Source of the DNA: Okamejei kenojei
Taxonomy: Eukaryota
Direction of reading: 5' to 3'
Length of the DNA: 64,000 nucleotides
NCBI GenBank assembly: GCA_035221665.1
Contig: CM069163.1
Coordinates: forward strand, 22,506,001 to 22,570,000
Part shown: positions 60,689 through 64,000 of the stretch, piece by piece
Layout: each line of letters opens with the position of its first letter
How positions within the stretch are numbered: the first letter of the stretch is position 1
Position numbers and translations under genes: made by a program
Notes under the pieces: generated by a model
Told to the model about the DNA's origin: nothing
Database searches by the model: none
What the model saw: only the letters and a program-made list of their open reading frames with translations

Positions 60689-60802
60689 CTTTCTAAGTAC
60701 TCTCTGCGGCCTTTCTGCACTGTTTGCAGCAGACATTTCAAAACCCCCCGCAAGTTTGTGGAGCACATGAAGTCGCCAGAACACAAGCAGAAAGTGGAAG
60801 AG
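60689..60802 (+). CDS. CIZ1: CIZ1 coding exon 11: LSKYSLRPFCTVCSRHFKTPRKFVEHMKSPEHKQKVEE (zinc finger 3)
   Basis: ctcatcag acceptor, GAG|gtacac donor; highly conserved CIZ1 finger. Confidence 0.95.
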
Positions 60803-62271
60803 GTACACTAACCTTTTTTTCTAAGCTTTTCACTTGTTTCCACAGTGGGATTTGTGGGACATTTTTAGGTCAATTTACTTTCATGCATTCGGAATAGCTA
60901 TTCCTGTGCCCTAGAACAGTGCAGATGAATTACAGCGTTCAATGGCAACATTTATACGGAACCTTCAATGTATTGAAACTGAAATGTTGCTTCACAATTG
61001 TGTTATTGAATACATTTTTACCAATGAGACACACGATGATGTTAGAACAGCTGAACAAGTGACGTCGAAGAGCTGAGTTTTATAAATTAGCGTCAAAAAT
61101 AATAGTGTTATAGTTTATTATGGATGTTTCAGAGCTTGGATGAGTGGAAAAACAGATTGGCAGAGACTGGGTGCAAAATCAGGCATGTGCAAGAAGCTGG
61201 CATTAAGGAAGCAGGGAGTTCTTGAATGGATGTAGGAGTCATTGAGATTGCAGATAATTAGGAGGACCAACATCATGAAGTGACGTGAACACTTGAACAA
61301 TGAGGATTTTCAATTTGAGGTTTTGCTGTCTTGGGACAACGTGTAAAGGCAATGACCAAGGTGCTTTGTGATAATTGGACTGTTATCCATGACTTGCCTA
61401 GAGACCATTGAGATACCTATCTGAAAATGTCTTCATTTGGACATGTTCTTTAGGATCCCACTTTTGCACTTGGACTTGGTTTTGTCAGCTTTAGAAAGTT
61501 GTGTGTTCAACTCCATACCCAGAGTAGGCTAAAATTTATGTGCAACACATTCTTTTAATAGGTCTACGTTCTTATTTGCATGATCAAATGGATGTTAAAG
61601 CCGAAAAGTATTGCATTCAGCTGACTCAGAGCCCAAAAGGCAGATTTCAATCATAATCAAGTGCAGTTTGTATGGAATTTGCACATTTTCACTGTGACTG
61701 CGTAGATTTCATCCAAGTTCTTTGGTTTCCTCCCAGACCCCACACTGTAATTTGCCTCTAGTGTGGAGATGTGTAGTATCTGGGAGTGTTGAAGAGAATG
61801 CTTAGAACATTTTAAAAAATGGGATTAATGTAGCATTACTGAAATATGAGTAATTAACAGTCTGCAGTTTGATTGCAGGGGTAATGGACCTGTTTATTTT
61901 TTGTATTGCTCAATGACTTGTTATAATCTTATTAAACAATGCCCTTTTCTCCTGCTAAAAAGATAGAAATTATGCACATTTCCTTCTGACCCCAAGATCA
62001 ACAGGTGTGTTTTGGCTGAGTAGGTCTAACTATTTGGAAAGAATGCACCAATCCATGTCCTGCTTTAGAGGCAGCCAGATGAACTTCATTTACTTAAGAA
62101 CATTTTTGGTTATAAACTCGGCTCATTTTCTGAAAACTTACAAACATAAGTATACTAAATACAGTTTGGTATTAGTTATGTTTATTGACTGTCCAAACCA
62201 AGATTAAAATGACTATTCCGGATAGCTGTTTAGGATGCAAATATCCAAACGTGTAAATAAAAATGTTTGTT

Positions 62272-62483
62272 CTTAGACACAAAAAGCTGGAGTTACTCAG
62301 CGGGACAGGCAGCATCTCTGGAGAGAAGGAATGGGTGAGGTTTCGGGTCGAGACCCTTCTTCAGACTCTACCCAAAACATCACCCATTCCTTCTCTCCAG
62401 AGATGCTGCCTGTCCCGCTGAGTTTCTCCAGCCTTTTGTGTCTATCTTCGGTTTAAACCAGCATCTACAGTTCCTTCTTGCAC
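62272..62483. mobile_element. Fold-back PLE-derived mini-element with a 12-bp TSD
   Basis: AAAATGTTTGTT at 62260-62271 and 62484-62495; near-perfect inverted arms of about 70 bp. Confidence 0.82.
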
Positions 62484-62502
62484 AAAATGTTTGTTTTGTT
62501 TA

Positions 62503-62800
62503 CTTTAGTTTAGAGATACTGTGTGGAAACAGGCCATTCAGTTCACCGAGTCCGCACCGACCAGTGATCCCCACACGCTAACACTATCCTACGCACACTA
62601 GGGGCAATTTATATTTATACCAAGCCAATTAGCCTACAATCATGTACGCCTTTGGAGTGTGGGAGGAAGCCGAAGATTTCTCAGAAAACCCATGCAGGTC
62701 AAGGGCACAAACTCCGTACAGACAAGCACCTGTAGTGAGAGTGGAACTCGGCCCTCTGGCACTGTAAGGCAATAGCTCTACCTCTACAGCCACCGTGCTA
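62503..62800 (-). mobile_element. HE1-like V-SINE
   Basis: Full-length copy on the - strand. Confidence 0.82.
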
Positions 62801-64000
62801 ATTGTAATGTATATAATCTGTGAACAAAAGGTAGAATTAATTTGCTGTGTCTTTAATAGAATAATATTTGTGCAGGAATAGGTCATCCTTGTTACTCTCA
62901 ACGATATCCAAGATGTAAGCTCCCTTGCATTAATTTTAAACATTTTTTTGGCGGGGTGTCACATTTAGAACGTTAGAGGTAGGAATAGCCCATTGCGCCC
63001 CAATTGTCTACTGTGCTATTCTGTAAGATCATGTCTGATTTTGTTTTTGCTTTAACTCCAGTACCTGTGTTAACCCAACTGCGTTGATTTCCTTATTATC
63101 TATGTCTATCATTCTCTGCCTTGAATGTGCTTGTGGACTGCTTCCATGTACTTTGGAGAAGAATTTTAAAGGGTTTATATATTGCTATTCCATGAGTGGA
63201 GAGATTTATCATCTGAGTGCTGAATGCCCAACCCTTCGTACTGGTCCTTTCAGGTCTTTTCAAGAATTTTGGAGGACTTGATGAGATCACTTTCAGAGCC
63301 ATCTTAAATCGGTATTCCCACTTTGCACCGCAATTTGACACAAATTACCTTTTTATGAGTCCAGTTCACAGGATGGTTAAAGAACATTGCTGGGTGTCAG
63401 GAGTCGCCTCGGCCAAACCAAGCAATGATAGACTTCCCTTCTTAGACATTAATAAATAATTTATTCATGACAATTTGATAATTTATGCAATGATAGATAA
63501 ATGCTTGCCTTGATTTATGTTGCAAGATTTTGATCACAAGTTAAATTGACTGTCTTTAAAATGTTTTGCAACAGTTACATTTATATTCATGTCCCTATAT
63601 CATTGGCACATTTAAAAATAACAAAACAAGTATCTTATAGGAGAGCATCTCCACCAGTGATTTTTCGTAACTCATTCTGGTATCTCTGGACACATCCAAG
63701 GGTTTGTCCTTTGCTCCCCCTTCTTCTTCCTCCTGTCCCAAGGCAGAAGCATCCAAACATTTCAAAATTTTGCAATTGTGTCGATGAACCTCTTCTCTTG
63801 ACTTTTCCCTGCATAGGTAGTGTCAATTGCTAATGCAAAGTCCAAATATGGATGATTCATTTAAAGACTGGTACTATCTAAGCCACATAATTGAGAGTTG
63901 GAAGGGTTGGTGGGTTGATACTTGGGGAAGGTTTTCAGGAAATATACACATTTGAGATTTAGGCAGGTATACCACTTCTTTATGTTCATCACCCTGTGTA

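Larger units (their letters stand above)
32341..60802 (+). other. CIZ1: CIZ1 (CDKN1A-interacting zinc finger protein 1) gene span; 11 coding exons in the window (1329 nt), 3' end beyond the window
   Basis: Q-rich N-terminus MMFPQQQQHLQQQLLQLQQL; SLKVTIQQSSESRAIST; three C2H2 fingers, the last LRPFCTVCSRHFKTPRKFVEHMKS. All match recalled CIZ1, and all splice phases are compatible. Confidence 0.93.

Overview
Vertebrate (eukaryotic) genomic DNA, most likely a cartilaginous fish (shark, ray or skate). This is inferred from HE1-like V-SINEs, abundant CR1 LINEs and Deu/SacSINE-like remnants. Three intron-containing genes were reconstructed by hand from splice sites and reading-frame phase. (1) The 3' half of ABL1 (+ strand), six exons: join(144..321,2886..3070,4618..4770,6521..6610,7825..7995,9127..10877). 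(2) A complete EXOSC2/RRP4 (- strand), nine exons, 873 nt, 290 aa, with a U12-type intron 5. (3) The 5' part of CIZ1 (+ strand), 11 coding exons from 32341 to 60802, continuing beyond the window. Introns and intergenic DNA are dense with CR1, L1 and RTE LINE fragments, HE1-like SINEs, Penelope-like element (PLE) relics carrying minimal hammerhead motifs, two Harbinger-type MITEs and a tandem Helitron-like element. There is a 164-N assembly gap. The most unusual observations are: two tiny (12 and 25 bp) CAAAGAT...ATCTTTG insertions with perfect 8-bp target-site duplications in the YY1-motif-rich EXOSC2/CIZ1 promoter interval; TSD-flanked fold-back PLE/hammerhead mini-elements; a gene order rearranged relative to human; and a compact CIZ1 lacking the central Q-rich domain. 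Most ORFs in the supplied track are spurious. No database searches were run, and comparisons to human proteins are from recall.
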